Origin: Candidatus Latescibacterota bacterium | Lineage (GTDB): Bacteria; Latescibacterota; UBA2968; UBA8231 | Reading direction: 5' to 3' | NCBI GenBank assembly: GCA_965248265.1 | Contig: CBDFJF010000002.1 | Coordinates: forward strand, 2,784,001 to 2,848,000 | DNA: 64,000 nucleotides | Shown here: piece by piece, positions 9,410 to 19,258 of the stretch | How the letters are laid out: each line of letters opens with the position of its first letter | Position numbering within the stretch: the stretch's first letter is position 1 | The notes under the pieces: model-generated | The model's input: only the letters and a program-made list of their open reading frames with translations | What the model was told of the DNA's origin: nothing | The model's database searches: none | Made by a program: the position numbers and the translations under genes

Positions 9410-9877
9410 TCTCCTTTCGCCGCTACCAGTTTTACCGATTTCCAGATGCCGCCGTAATTGGTGCGGTCGCGTACGCGCACTGTGAGGATATTGCTCTCGC
9501 CGATCTTCACTGCATCCCCGAGCGGGATCTCGAAGCGCTTATCCCAGCCAATGTCACCGATGACATGCTCGCCGATCTGCCGGCCGTTCAGGTAGACCCA
9601 GGCAGATTCATCGACGGCGCCGAACGAAAGCGAAAGGTCCCGCCCCTTTGTTGCCGCCGGCATTTCGAACTCGACGCGATACCAGGCAATGCCGTCGTAC
9701 TGATGACCCTGCGGCTCTCACCACTCGCCGATCTTGATCGGCTGCCACTGCGTCTTATCGACAAAGACGCCGCCCCAGTCCTGCTGCCGCCCTTGATCGT
9801 TGAAGTCAGGCCGGAAGATCCAGACTTTCGGCAGATCGGCAATAAAATCGTGCGTCGCCCATAGCTCCGCGAAGAAG
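9406..9877 (-). pseudogene. 5'-truncated GH2-type sugar-binding domain with in-frame TGA
   Basis: DLPKVWIFRPD...IGEW*EPQGHQYDGIAWYR...FGAVDESAWVYLNG...GGIWKSVKL. TGA at 9718-9720; truncated by the oriIS at 9878. Confidence 0.7.
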
Positions 9878-10234
9878 GATAAGAACGATAAGGGCCCATT
9901 ATCGGTGGTCAATATCTATTCGGGGGCTGTGTCGAATGAAAATCTGAACTTTTTGATGGATGGGGGATGGTTACATTGGCTTATGGGGGCTTGTTTTGGC
10001 GTGGATTCAGGCCCCGACTTGGTTTCGATGGCTGTTACAGACCCGCAAGGTCGATTCAGGCGCATCGATCCCATCGGATCAGACGGCGTAATCGAACTCA
10101 GACTGCTGGGAAAGCCTTGCCGGTGCGATGGGTGGAGGGCGAGCCGGCAGACCGACATCCTCGAGGTAAGACCGAATCGAAGCGGGATCCGTCAGGGCGG
10201 CAACGATCCTCATTTGCCCACCGCAGTCGCACTC
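9878..10234 (-). mobile_element. IS91-like remnant: oriIS end plus transposase C-terminus
   Basis: 10079-10234 encodes ECDCGGQMRIVAALTDPASIRSYLEDVGLPARPPPIAPAR...EFDYAV*. The end GTTCTTATCC lies ~200 bp past the stop, with hairpin CGATAA/TTATCG. Confidence 0.8.
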
Positions 10235-10418
10235 AGAAGAGGAGGATCGTCACCATGGCTACCACGTACCCCTCAACCTCCGATCCTGGACTCACGATAA
10301 TAGCCGTTATAACATCTATCCATATGGGAGTAGATCGCACATGACCTGTATCAGCTGCACAAGCCAAACGGCGCCATCCCCATCGACGACACCATGCGGG
10401 CGATGCACCATGCCGTTA

Positions 10419-10543
10419 CGCATCATCGACGCCGACCAGGTCTCCTTCGCACTGAAAACACCCTGGTCAGATGGCACCACCCACCTCCTGCTCTCGCCCT
10501 TCGAACTGCTCGAAAAACTGGCCGCCCTCTTGCCGCCACCACG
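10419..10543 (+). pseudogene. IS91-family transposase internal fragment
   Basis: RIIDADQVSFALKTPWSDGTTHLLLSPFELLEKLAALLPPPR. Confidence 0.8.
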
Positions 10544-10655
10544 CCCTTCCTACATGGAGAGCTGGCCGGGCTGCGAGCCCTCCCAGGAGCTGCGGGCACG
10601 GGTGGCGGATGACGAGGCGAGAGCGCGCCTGCTGCGTGAACCGTACTATCATTGA
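10544..10655 (+). pseudogene. C-terminal remnant of a probable PhyH-family gene
   Basis: PSYMESW...RARLLREPYYH* fused directly to the IS91 fragment, upstream of an intact PhyH gene. Confidence 0.35.
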
Positions 10656-10674
10656 CCAAACAGAGGCTGTTTCC

Positions 10675-11826
10675 ATGACCGACACCACCGCAGACGAACC
10701 TGCAGAGAAACCGTACCGCGCACCCGCTTTTGCCGATGCGCTGCCCGAGCTCGACGCGCCTGGAGCCACGCCCGAGAGGCTGGCTTTTCTCGAGGAGCAC
10801 GGCTTTCTCATTCTCACTGATTTCGTTGGCAGTCCGTGGATCGAGAGACTCCGCGAGGCCGGCCGCCGCGTCACCGAAGCCTGCGCGCCCCAGCACGGCT
10901 ACAGCAAGCTCGATTCCTCCAAGGGATACGTGCACCGCGCCAGGGATGACGAGCCGTCGGCCATCCGGGGCCTCGTTCATCCCGCCTTTGGCGAGCCGGT
11001 TTTTTCCGAGTTCCACGGCTCGGACGAGTTCCTCGGCTTCGTCGATTCCTGGTGCGGGCTGCAGCCCGAGGACACGGCCATGGGCGGCATGCTGCTGTGG
11101 TGCAACCCGCGCAAGAGCGAGATGGGACCCAGCTGGCACCGGGACACGACCTGGTGGGGTACGGGAAAACCCTACTTCTCTCAGAGCACCGAGAAAGAAG
11201 GTCCCGAGGCTTACTCCGAAGAAGCAGAGAGAAAACGCTGGGAGGAAATCCGCGCTGAAAACTCCAGGACCGTCTACGAGCGCAGCGGAGTGAGCCTGTT
11301 CCTCGCCCTCGTCGACGACGAGTGCCACGAGGTCATCCCGGGCAGCCACAACCGCTGGCGCACGCCGTTCGAGCACGACGTGCTCCTGCCCCAGGCCATG
11401 AAGGACCAGGGCGTGCCGCACACGCCGAGCTGGAACAAGAAGGACCCGCTGCCAAACCAGGTGGCCATCGGCCTCAAACCTGGGGAAGCCCTCATCCGCA
11501 TAGGCTCGAACATCCACACGGGGCACACGGTCCCCGAGCGCGAGCGCAACACCCTGAGCATCGGTTGGGGCAAGTGGCAGGGGCCGCCCGAAGAGCCGGC
11601 GGTGGCGGATGCGCGCATGGCGTGGCAGCTCGGCCCGGCCGTGCGGGACGCCCTGCCCTACGAGTGGATGAAAACGGCCTGGGACCGCTGGGCGGCGGGG
11701 CAGAAGCTGGGAGACACCCTCGAAGACCGGTATGCGGCCTTCGACATCCGCCAGATCAAAGCCGGCAACGTCGTGGGATGGCGAGGCGAGCTGGAGCGTC
11801 AGGCAGCGGCAGCCGGAGAAGCCTGA
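10675..11826 (+). CDS. Phytanoyl-CoA dioxygenase (PhyH) family Fe/2OG protein
   Basis: FLEEHGFLIL, WHRD, VIPGSH, IHTG facial-triad pattern. Confidence 0.8.
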   Translation: MTDTTADEPAEKPYRAPAFADALPELDAPGATPERLAFLEEHGFLILTDFVGSPWIERLREAGRRVTEACAPQHGYSKLDSSKGYVHRARDDEPSAIRGLVHPAFGEPVFSEFHGSDEFLGFVDSWCGLQPEDTAMGGMLLWCNPRKSEMGPSWHRDTTWWGTGKPYFSQSTEKEGPEAYSEEAERKRWEEIRAENSRTVYERSGVSLFLALVDDECHEVIPGSHNRWRTPFEHDVLLPQAMKDQGVPHTPSWNKKDPLPNQVAIGLKPGEALIRIGSNIHTGHTVPERERNTLSIGWGKWQGPPEEPAVADARMAWQLGPAVRDALPYEWMKTAWDRWAAGQKLGDTLEDRYAAFDIRQIKAGNVVGWRGELERQAAAAGEA

Positions 11827-12051
11827 CAGCCCTTTCAGACCATCAGCGATCCTGCAGGTGGGTGATGGGACCGGTGTCCCCGAAACCGTGGGCCATGGCG
11901 CGCTCTAGCATGGCCCGTCGGCGGGGACCCGCTGTGTGGGTGAGGTTGTCGCTGTAGAACCGGCCCCAGGCTTTCGTGTCGCCTTCCAAGAACCCGATCA
12001 CCCAGTCGTAGTACTCGGAGCTCTGCTCTCTCGTCGTGTACGTATAGGACA

Positions 12052-12484
12052 CGTATAGGACCGATAAGGGGCAATATCATTTGTCTATGACAGCAGAGGT
12101 GGAGTGTCGAGAGGGATTGTGAGCCAGGCGCAGCGGAGCGGATTGGTGCAGCGAGCGATGGGAGTGGATTGGCGCCTGTCGAACGGATCACGGATGCTGG
12201 TGTGCCCTTTTCGGGCCTCAACAGTGCACTGGTGGGCGCACCGGTCCGTTCGGATCAGGCCAGTCGTGTTCGATCAGGCTGCCAAATCGAACTCGGGTTG
12301 CGGGTCACGTCGTGGTGGCGCGATGGGTGGCGGCCGCGCCGGCAGGCCGACGCCTTCCAGGTAGGACCGGATCGAGGCGGGCTCGGTCAGGGCGGCTACG
12401 ATTTTCATGTGCCCGCCGCAGTCGGGGCATTCGCTGATATCGATCTGGAACACGCGCGCTAGCAGTTGACACCAGGACAGGGAG
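12052..12484 (-). mobile_element. IS91-like remnant: oriIS end plus transposase C-terminus
   Basis: 12274-12484 encodes LSWCQLLARVFQIDISECPDCGGHMKIVAALTEP...EFDLAA*; GTCCTATACG end ~220 bp downstream. Confidence 0.85.
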
Positions 12485-12814
12485 TGGTCATTTACGACCT
12501 GCAAGGCGGGCAATATTTACGCCGATGGCCACCTCGAGATAGCTGATCAGGATCGACTATACGAAGGGGGGTTTAGAGGATCGTACGTCGGATACGACGG
12601 TCCGGAAAGTTATGTGTGGGTACCGTTTTTTGGGCCTTAGTTAACAGGCGCCGAGTCTCACAAGATCGCGATCGCTATCGCCCGCGCTTAGGACCGGTAA
12701 CCTGCGGCAACGAATTCAGCTCCTCATAGTCAGTCAGTGCTATGGGAGGCTTTTTTGTGGCAAGATGCGGCTCTTTCCCCCGCACTAACCGCCAGCATTG
12801 TCCGAAACAATTGC

Positions 12815-12905
12815 GACAATCATGGCAGACGGATTCGCGGAGATATTGATAGTCCAAAGTCACCTGGTCAAGGAGCCCTACCCCCCCTACAGTGTGGAAT
12901 TTTGG
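12815..12905 (+). repeat. Direct repeat copy 1 (copy 2 at 14860-14970)
   Basis: Shared core atag[t/a]ccaaagtcacc[t/c]ggtcaagg[a/t]gccctaccccc...cagtg[t/g]ggaa. Confidence 0.7.
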
Positions 12906-13087
12906 TGGACTTTCAGACTGTTACAAGCGCGGATATTGACGAACAAGCGTGGACAGGAGGGAAGATAGGGAAATGGCGAAAAGCCTGGCCAAATAAGGCT
13001 TCATCGTAAGTGTTCGGTGTCAGGAGTCAAGTGCTCAGTCCAATCGGTCCAATCCGAGCGATGCGAACCGAGCAACTGAACTCCGGA

Positions 13088-14500
13088 CTATTCCTGCAAC
13101 CCCGCCAGGCGCATAAGTTTTCCCCCGCCGCGCAACAGGCTTACCTGCGCCCGCGACCCACCCGACGCTGCACTCCAAGTTCGCGACGTCGCGTTGAATA
13201 CCTCCAGCAGCTCCGGGCCGATTACCGTTGTGGTTATCGCCCGCGTGTAGTCCAGGTTTACCGCCAGTACATGGGTCGGGTTGTCGTTGGCACCGAAATA
13301 TCCCAAAAGGATGCCCCTCTCCCGTTTTGCGGACACCGGGGGATCCACAGTAAATTCAGCGTCGGCCGGTAGCCCGACCGCGCCAGAGGGGACGGCGCCC
13401 AGATGATACGCAGCCAGGGACGTCAGCGGTTGCACCTCCAGACCAACGGCAACAAACTCGGGGTGGATTTCTTGTAGGGCCTGGCCCAGCGGGGTCAGGG
13501 TGCCATTGACATTGACGACACCGCCCTCGAACAGCGGATCGGAAACAGGTATGTAAACGAACTGAAAGAGGCCTTGGCCGCCGTAGGCTAATGTGGTGTA
13601 GGCCAGGAATCTGCCCTCGGCACCGTTGGGTATGCGGTGGGTTGGAGCCACAGAGCAAGCCTGTACCACGTTGACGAAGGGGATCCCGCCGTATAATGCT
13701 GCCTCGCGCGCGAGCGCCAAATTCATAAAGTACGTATTGCCCGCATGCAGGTTTGCGCCTACTTCATCGATAGCCCCCTCCGTGTAGAGGTTGTAATGAT
13801 CGTAACTGATCAGGTCCGGCTTGACGACGTCGACGAACTGGCGGAGATACTCCCGGTAGGCGGTCTCCGTATCGTTTGGATGACCCGGCCCGGAGACGCC
13901 AAGCGCCATAGCACTGGCATACGTAGGGAACAGATTTATGAGGACCATGTGGTTGGGATCACGCTCACGGATGTGGGCCACCAACCTACCCAGAGCCGGG
14001 TTCTCGCCGCCCCAGATTTCGTCGGCTAGGTAATAGGCGTACATCGCCGGATGGTTCTTCACCCGCTCGATCATCGCATCGAGTCCCGCCCTCCGTGCCG
14101 GGTCATCCAAATAGCCGGGGATCGCCCCTTGGTCGCCGAGTTCTTGGGGAAAGAAAAGCGCACGGTGCCCCTGAGCGTGAGCAGCGTCGAGATCATCCTC
14201 ACCCTGGCACCAGACCAGGTTGAAGCCCTCATCATTTAGTCTTGCAGCGACCCCGGGCGTCATTAATCCGAATTGCCCTCCCGCCCCAGGGCCTTGGTAA
14301 TAGCCAAGGATGGGGTCACCGATCTCCCAATTGCTGCCCATGGGTCGCCCACGCGCGGCACCTGAGGCGGACATGTCCGATGTTGCGCATGCTACCGCTC
14401 CCAGCAGTATGAGGCCCAAGACCCTGTACAACCAAATTATGCCAGGGTGCCGAAGCTTAGATACTAATTCTTTATTGCTTATTGGCTTAATTTCACTCAT
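13088..14500 (-). CDS. Putative lipoprotein glycoside hydrolase-like protein (paralog of 5998-7368)
   Basis: Lipobox-like AVAC; HPAMYAYYLADE, INLFPTYAS, KPDLISYDHY, LAYTTLAYGGQGL. Confidence 0.6.
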   Translation of the reverse strand: MSEIKPISNKELVSKLRHPGIIWLYRVLGLILLGAVACATSDMSASGAARGRPMGSNWEIGDPILGYYQGPGAGGQFGLMTPGVAARLNDEGFNLVWCQGEDDLDAAHAQGHRALFFPQELGDQGAIPGYLDDPARRAGLDAMIERVKNHPAMYAYYLADEIWGGENPALGRLVAHIRERDPNHMVLINLFPTYASAMALGVSGPGHPNDTETAYREYLRQFVDVVKPDLISYDHYNLYTEGAIDEVGANLHAGNTYFMNLALAREAALYGGIPFVNVVQACSVAPTHRIPNGAEGRFLAYTTLAYGGQGLFQFVYIPVSDPLFEGGVVNVNGTLTPLGQALQEIHPEFVAVGLEVQPLTSLAAYHLGAVPSGAVGLPADAEFTVDPPVSAKRERGILLGYFGANDNPTHVLAVNLDYTRAITTTVIGPELLEVFNATSRTWSAASGGSRAQVSLLRGGGKLMRLAGLQE

Positions 14501-14859
14501 TCTTCTGATTTTCTTTCTTTGTTCTGCCTTGGCTCGGGGTTCAAGTGGAATACGGAATGGGACGCTTTCCTTTGAGGTGATACGACCCCCTGCAGTTGCT
14601 TGTCAAGTTATTTATTCTTTGGCCCGGCGAGCCCAGGGCTGCCAGCTTGGGCTTATGAGCAAACTCATTTGACGGGGACTTGTAGGCGCCGCCAAATGCC
14701 TTGACAAACTCGGCAAATTCACCCTCCGATATTTTTCAAATTCGATGCGAAGTTCCCGGTAGGTCATGACGAGCAATCCCCGCGACAAAATAAGCGTCGT
14801 TAACGCATCAAGACCGACAGCGGACTATGCTAGATTGGCATAACCATGCTATACCTGTG

Positions 14860-14970
14860 GACAATGACGACAGTCGTGGCGCCGGATGCGCAGAGGTATT
14901 AATAGACCAAAGTCACCCGGTCAAGGTGCCCTACCCCCTACCCCATCCAGCAGTGGGGAACTTTTGAAAG
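14860..14970 (+). repeat. Direct repeat copy 2
   Basis: See 12815-12905. Confidence 0.7.
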
Positions 14971-15080
14971 AAACAAATGGGGCGTCAGGTGATGACCGTT
15001 GCCGTCCGTCAGGTAATAAATTGACGCACGCTACGAAGTAGGGGGTGGAAACCGGTGTGCACCTTTCCCAATCGGGGACC

Positions 15081-15198
15081 ATGAACCTGCTCTCGCGTGC
15101 ATTGCTGACGTTGGCTGGCCTTTCCGGCGCCCTCGCTCCCGCGCAGCCCCAAAGTCCTGGCGACTTGGAACGGGAGGTCGCGGCTCTTCTCGCCGAGA
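15081..15198 (+). pseudogene. Signal-peptide-bearing gene start truncated by oriIS
   Basis: MNLLSRALLTLAGLSGALAPAQ...EVAALLAE, then runs into gtataggacgaa. Confidence 0.4.
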
Positions 15199-15538
15199 GT
15201 ATAGGACGAATTAGTGGCGTTATGGTGAGTTTAGATCTGCACGAGGCCTGGTGTCGAGTGGATCTTGGGATCTTTCTGAACGGCGGAATGCGGGGTTGAG
15301 GCTTTAGACGGGCGTGCCGAAGAGGAGGAATCCACGGCTGAGATAGGTTTCTTACCGTTTTTGCCACCCGGATGATCAGTTGGGGCGCAACAAACCAAGC
15401 GCGCTGTGATCAGGCCGCGTATTCGAACTCAGACTGCTGATCGTGCCTTGCCGGAGCAATTGGCGGAGGCCTTGCTGGCAGGCCGACCCCCTCGAGGTAT
15501 GACCGAATCGAGGCGGGGTCGGTCAGCGCAGCAACAAT
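15199..15538 (-). mobile_element. IS91-like remnant: oriIS end plus transposase C-terminus
   Basis: 15410-15538 encodes IVAALTDPASIRSYLEGVGLPARPPPIAPARHDQQSEFEYAA*; TTCGTCCTATAC end ~210 bp downstream. Confidence 0.8.
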
Positions 15539-15539
15539 G

Positions 15540-16156
15540 TACCGGTGCGGCAATGGGTGCTGAGTCTGCCGTATGAGATCCGCTATCGCCTGGCCTGGGA
15601 CGGCGAGTTGGTCGGCGCCCTGCTGGGCGTTTTTCTGCGCGTCGTCTACGGCTGGTATCGACGTCAGGCACGAAAGCAGGGATACGAACACAGTCGCTGC
15701 GGCTCGGTGACGTTCGTGCAGTGATTCGGGTCATCTTTGAATCTCAATCCTCACGTCCATGTCCTCATGATCGACGGCGTCTACGGCAATGGCGAGGCGG
15801 GTCCGGAGTTCGTGGCCGCACCGACCCTTAGCGATGATGATGTGCAACAGATCGTCGAGACCACGGCGCGACGCGTTGTGCGCCTGCTGCAACGCCGTGG
15901 CCTGCTGGAAGAGGGCCATGTCGATCCGCTGTGGGAGCAGGAGCCCCTGCTGGCGATGATCACGGCGGCTTCGATCCAGGGCCAGGTGGCTACCGGCGAG
16001 CGCGCCGGTCAACCTGTGCGCCGACGCTTGCTCGATCCTCAAGAGGGCATCCGCACCGGCCCGCTGTGCTTCGCTTCGCGTGGATTCTCTTTGCATGCGG
16101 CCACCCGCGTGCCGGCCACCGACCGCACTCGCCTGGAAAGACTGTGCCGCTACGTT
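15540..16156 (+). pseudogene. IS91-family transposase internal fragment with nonsense codon
   Basis: VPVRQWVLSLPYEIRY...FVQ*FGSSLNLNPHVH...LERLCRYV; TGA at 15722-15724. Confidence 0.85.
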
Positions 16157-16220
16157 GGAGTCTCTCTTCTTGGCCAACAACCCTTTGCTGAGGGGAGCGC
16201 TGCCGTTGGATTTGGCGGGC

Positions 16221-17879
16221 GCATAGTGAGGATAAACAGCATTATCGGTAGTCAGTCAAGGTGTTTTGGGCTTTTTCGATTGCGTTGAGGGCCGTGCTTT
16301 TGCGTTGATCGTGGTGCGGTGAACGATGGGGCAGCGGATAGGGTGCCCGGATCAGCGCTTGCGGGCGCAGCGGCAGCTGTCAGCGAGAGATGGGGACGCA
16401 GCGCTGTCTGGGGTGGGGCTCAGGCGGCAAAGTCGAACTCGTGTTGGGATCGGGCCGTGCCGGAGCGATGGGCGGCGCGCGCGACGGCAGGCCGACACCC
16501 TCCAGGTAGCGCTGGATCGAGCCGGGCTCGGTGAGGGCGGCGACAATCCTCATGTGGCCGCCGCAAGCGGGGCACACGGTAACGTCTATTCGAAAAACTC
16601 TCCGGAGGAGGTCAGCCCAGGCCAGGCGGTGCCGGCGTTGGGCGGGGGTGGGCTCCGCAGTATGCGTACAGGGGTTCGCTTCGGGGGCCCCTTCCTTCGG
16701 GCTCGGTACGATCCGTGCCCGGTCGGCGGCGTTGGGTGCCAGGACGCCGTGATAGCGCACCAGGTTGAGGCGCCGCGGCGGTACCAGGGCGGCCAGTTTC
16801 TCAATCAATTCTTGCGGCGAGAGTTCAATTCGATAAGTGCCGTCGGACCAGACCGTTTTCAGGTCAAAGGCCACTCTCTCGGCATCCAGGATCTGCAGTC
16901 GGCCCGCTGCCAGCGGCGGTCGATTGACGTAGCGGCACAGCCTTTCCAGGCGGGTGCGATCGGCGGCCTGCACGCGGGTGGCCGCATGCAGGGAGAAACC
17001 GCGCGCGGCGAAGCACAACGGACCGGTGCGGATGCCCTGTTGGGGATCGAGCAGACGCCGGCGCACGGGCTGGCCGGCGCGCTCGCCGGTGGCTACCTGG
17101 CCCTGGATCGAAGCCGCCGTGATCGTGGCCAGCAGCGGCTCCTGCTCCATGAGCAGATCGGTATTGCTCTCTTCCAACAGGCCGCGCCGTTGCAGCAGGA
17201 GCACCACCCGTTGGGCCGTGGTCTCGACGATCTGTTGCACGTCGTCGTCGCTCAGTGGTGGCGCCGGCACGAATTCCGGACCGTCCTCGCCGTCGACGTA
17301 GACACTGTCGATCATGAGGACATGGTTGTGGGGATTGAGGTTTAAAGCAGAACCGAATCGCTGCACGAAGGTGACTGAGCCGCAGCGACTGTCTTCATAA
17401 CCCTGCTCCCGTGCCTGACGACGATACCAGCCGTAGACGACACGCAGGAAGACGGCCAGCACCGCCCCGACCAGCTCTTTGTCCCATGCCAGGCGATAGC
17501 GGATCTCGTACGGCAGGCTGAGCACCCACTGCCGCACCGGTACCTGAGGCAGGACCTCGTCGGTGAGTCGGGCGGCGGTGTCCGCCATCCGTCGTCCCAT
17601 ACAACTCGGGCAGAAGGAACGTCGTTGGCACGAGAACGCGACGACGCGATCCTTGCAGCAGTCCTTGCACCGCACCCGCAGAAACCCGTGAGCGAGAATT
17701 CCGCACCGGAGATAGGCGTGCAGCTCGTCCTCGACGTGGATCGGCAGCTGCCGATCCGAGGTGCGGGTGCGCTCGATGAAGGTCTCCATGTGCTCGGCCA
17801 GCACCTGGTAGAGGGGGTCTGTCTCGGGTGTGCGGGCAGGCTCGCCAGCGACGCAGACACATCTTCCCCGGTGTAACAA
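16221..17879 (-). mobile_element. Near-complete IS91-family element
   Basis: Transposase plus oriIS-like end (GATAATGCTGTTTATCCTCACTATGC) ~200 bp downstream of the expected stop. terIS end not defined. Confidence 0.75.
16380..17879 (-). CDS. IS91 family transposase (Zn-binding + Y2/HUH domains), C-terminal frameshift
   Basis: YLRCGILAHGF..C..C, FSCQRRSFCPSC, NPHNH (HUH), LCRYVNRP, VRYHGVLAPN. The homologous end EFDFAA* (stop 16420-16422) is out of frame by one base near 16447. Confidence 0.9.
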   Translation of the reverse strand: MLHRGRCVCVAGEPARTPETDPLYQVLAEHMETFIERTRTSDRQLPIHVEDELHAYLRCGILAHGFLRVRCKDCCKDRVVAFSCQRRSFCPSCMGRRMADTAARLTDEVLPQVPVRQWVLSLPYEIRYRLAWDKELVGAVLAVFLRVVYGWYRRQAREQGYEDSRCGSVTFVQRFGSALNLNPHNHVLMIDSVYVDGEDGPEFVPAPPLSDDDVQQIVETTAQRVVLLLQRRGLLEESNTDLLMEQEPLLATITAASIQGQVATGERAGQPVRRRLLDPQQGIRTGPLCFAARGFSLHAATRVQAADRTRLERLCRYVNRPPLAAGRLQILDAERVAFDLKTVWSDGTYRIELSPQELIEKLAALVPPRRLNLVRYHGVLAPNAADRARIVPSPKEGAPEANPCTHTAEPTPAQRRHRLAWADLLRRVFRIDVTVCPACGGHMRIVAALTEPGSIQRYLEGVGLPSRAPPIAPARPDPNTSSTLPPEPHPRQRCVPISR

Positions 17880-18030
17880 CTGCTACTCGCAAAATGGCTC
17901 GGGTGTCAGAATTCTTCGGGCATGGCATGCCGCCGCATAAGCGAAACTGCGCTTGCCTACGGCGAATCAACCGATGGCGGATGCACGTGGGGTAAGCCGA
18001 TCGTGATCGGCGTTTGGGGAAGATGGCAGG

Positions 18031-18237
18031 ATGAGGGGTACAGTTGAAGATGCCATCAAGGTATCTCGGGGGTTGGAGGAGCTGGATTACCTATGGATCG
18101 AGGAGCCTTTGCAGGAGTTCGACATTCGAGATACCATGGAGATCAGGGACGGTTATATGTACGTGCCACAGACGCCCGGGTTGGGACGAGAGATAGACTG
18201 GGAGCAGATTGAGGCCAGGACCATTATGAGGATATGA
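18031..18237 (+). pseudogene. Mandelate racemase/enolase superfamily remnant
   Basis: LWIEEPL joined directly to the C-terminal RDGYMYVPQTPGLG; the N-terminus and middle are missing. Confidence 0.65.
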
Positions 18238-18240
18238 AAT

Positions 18241-19245
18241 CTACAGTTCCTCAACCCCCACGAACCTGCCTGTGCCACGACTGCTGACAGCTGCCTCTAC
18301 CAACGCAAGAGTGTGAATCGCATCAGCATAGTGGGAGCGAACCAAGGATCGTTCGCCGGTCTCGATGGCGCGCAACCAGGCGCCGGCCTTATCCAAGCCC
18401 AGGCTGTTCTCTTTGGGTACTGACTCGTCCAACTCCTGTCCATTGAGGTAGCCGATAATGCGGTCCTGGGTCATGTTCGCGTGCAGCCGCAGGTGAGGTC
18501 CGATAACATCGAGATCGAAGCTGAATTCTTCGGTGCCGCAGTGATTGGTGTGTGTGCCGAAGACGCCGTTGTCGAGCGCGTAGGTCATCTGGATGGCGTT
18601 CTCGGCGTCGAATTCGGTGCGATCCAGCGCCATGTTCTTGACCGCCAGCGCATGGGCTTGAACCGGTTTGGGATTGCGCAGGACGAAACGGACACAGTCG
18701 AGCAGGTGGATGGCCTGCTCGGCAATGGGACCACCGCTGATCTGCTGCTGTAGAAACCACGGCGCCATCCCGAAGCTCAGGTAGTAACCGACTGTACAGA
18801 CGGTGTTGACCAGATGGACGGTCTCGTTTGCCAGCAGATCTTTCAGCCTTTCGTAGAGCGGGACATATCGCAATTGAAAACCAACAGCAGCGATTACGCC
18901 GGCTTTTTCGATTTGCTCCAGACAGGCCCGTCCGTCAGCCATGTTCAGCGCAGGCGGCTTTTCGATCATCAGGTGGACACCCCGTTCACAAGCCATACGT
19001 ACCGGCTCAAGACGGACGGGAGGAGGCGCAGTGATTATCAATCCATCGATCTCGTGCGCGAACAATGTGTCGAGTTCATCCGTGGCGATCTGCGCACCGA
19101 CTTGTGTCGCCAGTTGCTGTGCGGCTTCCAGGCGGCTGCTGTGAACGGCGACGACCTGCGCCCCATGGGCAGCAACGGCTCCGCCAAGTTTGCGCCCCAT
19201 GTTGCCAGCGCCAACGATTCCGATCTTTAAAGCATTCTGGTTCAT
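18241..19245 (-). CDS. Gfo/Idh/MocA family oxidoreductase
   Basis: IVGAGNMG, IEKPP; AAAGGAGG RBS. Confidence 0.85.
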   Translation of the reverse strand: MNQNALKIGIVGAGNMGRKLGGAVAAHGAQVVAVHSSRLEAAQQLATQVGAQIATDELDTLFAHEIDGLIITAPPPVRLEPVRMACERGVHLMIEKPPALNMADGRACLEQIEKAGVIAAVGFQLRYVPLYERLKDLLANETVHLVNTVCTVGYYLSFGMAPWFLQQQISGGPIAEQAIHLLDCVRFVLRNPKPVQAHALAVKNMALDRTEFDAENAIQMTYALDNGVFGTHTNHCGTEEFSFDLDVIGPHLRLHANMTQDRIIGYLNGQELDESVPKENSLGLDKAGAWLRAIETGERSLVRSHYADAIHTLALVEAAVSSRGTGRFVGVEEL

Positions 19246-19258
19246 TGACAGCCCTCCT

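Noticed and set aside
9718-9720. In-frame TGA at a likely Trp position (and TGA at an Arg position at 15722) suggesting stop-codon reassignment
   Set aside because: Many intact genes here end in TGA. Both cases lie in already truncated remnants and are single transitions (TGG to TGA, CGA to TGA).
14806-14850. Short matches (CATCAAGACC, AACCATGCT) to the reverse of the 4377-4436 module
   Set aside because: Intervening sequence does not align; insufficient to call another oriIS.
17996-18011. Palindrome GCCGATC-GT-GATCGGC as a possible terIS
   Set aside because: No second copy in the window to confirm it, so the boundary cannot be supported.
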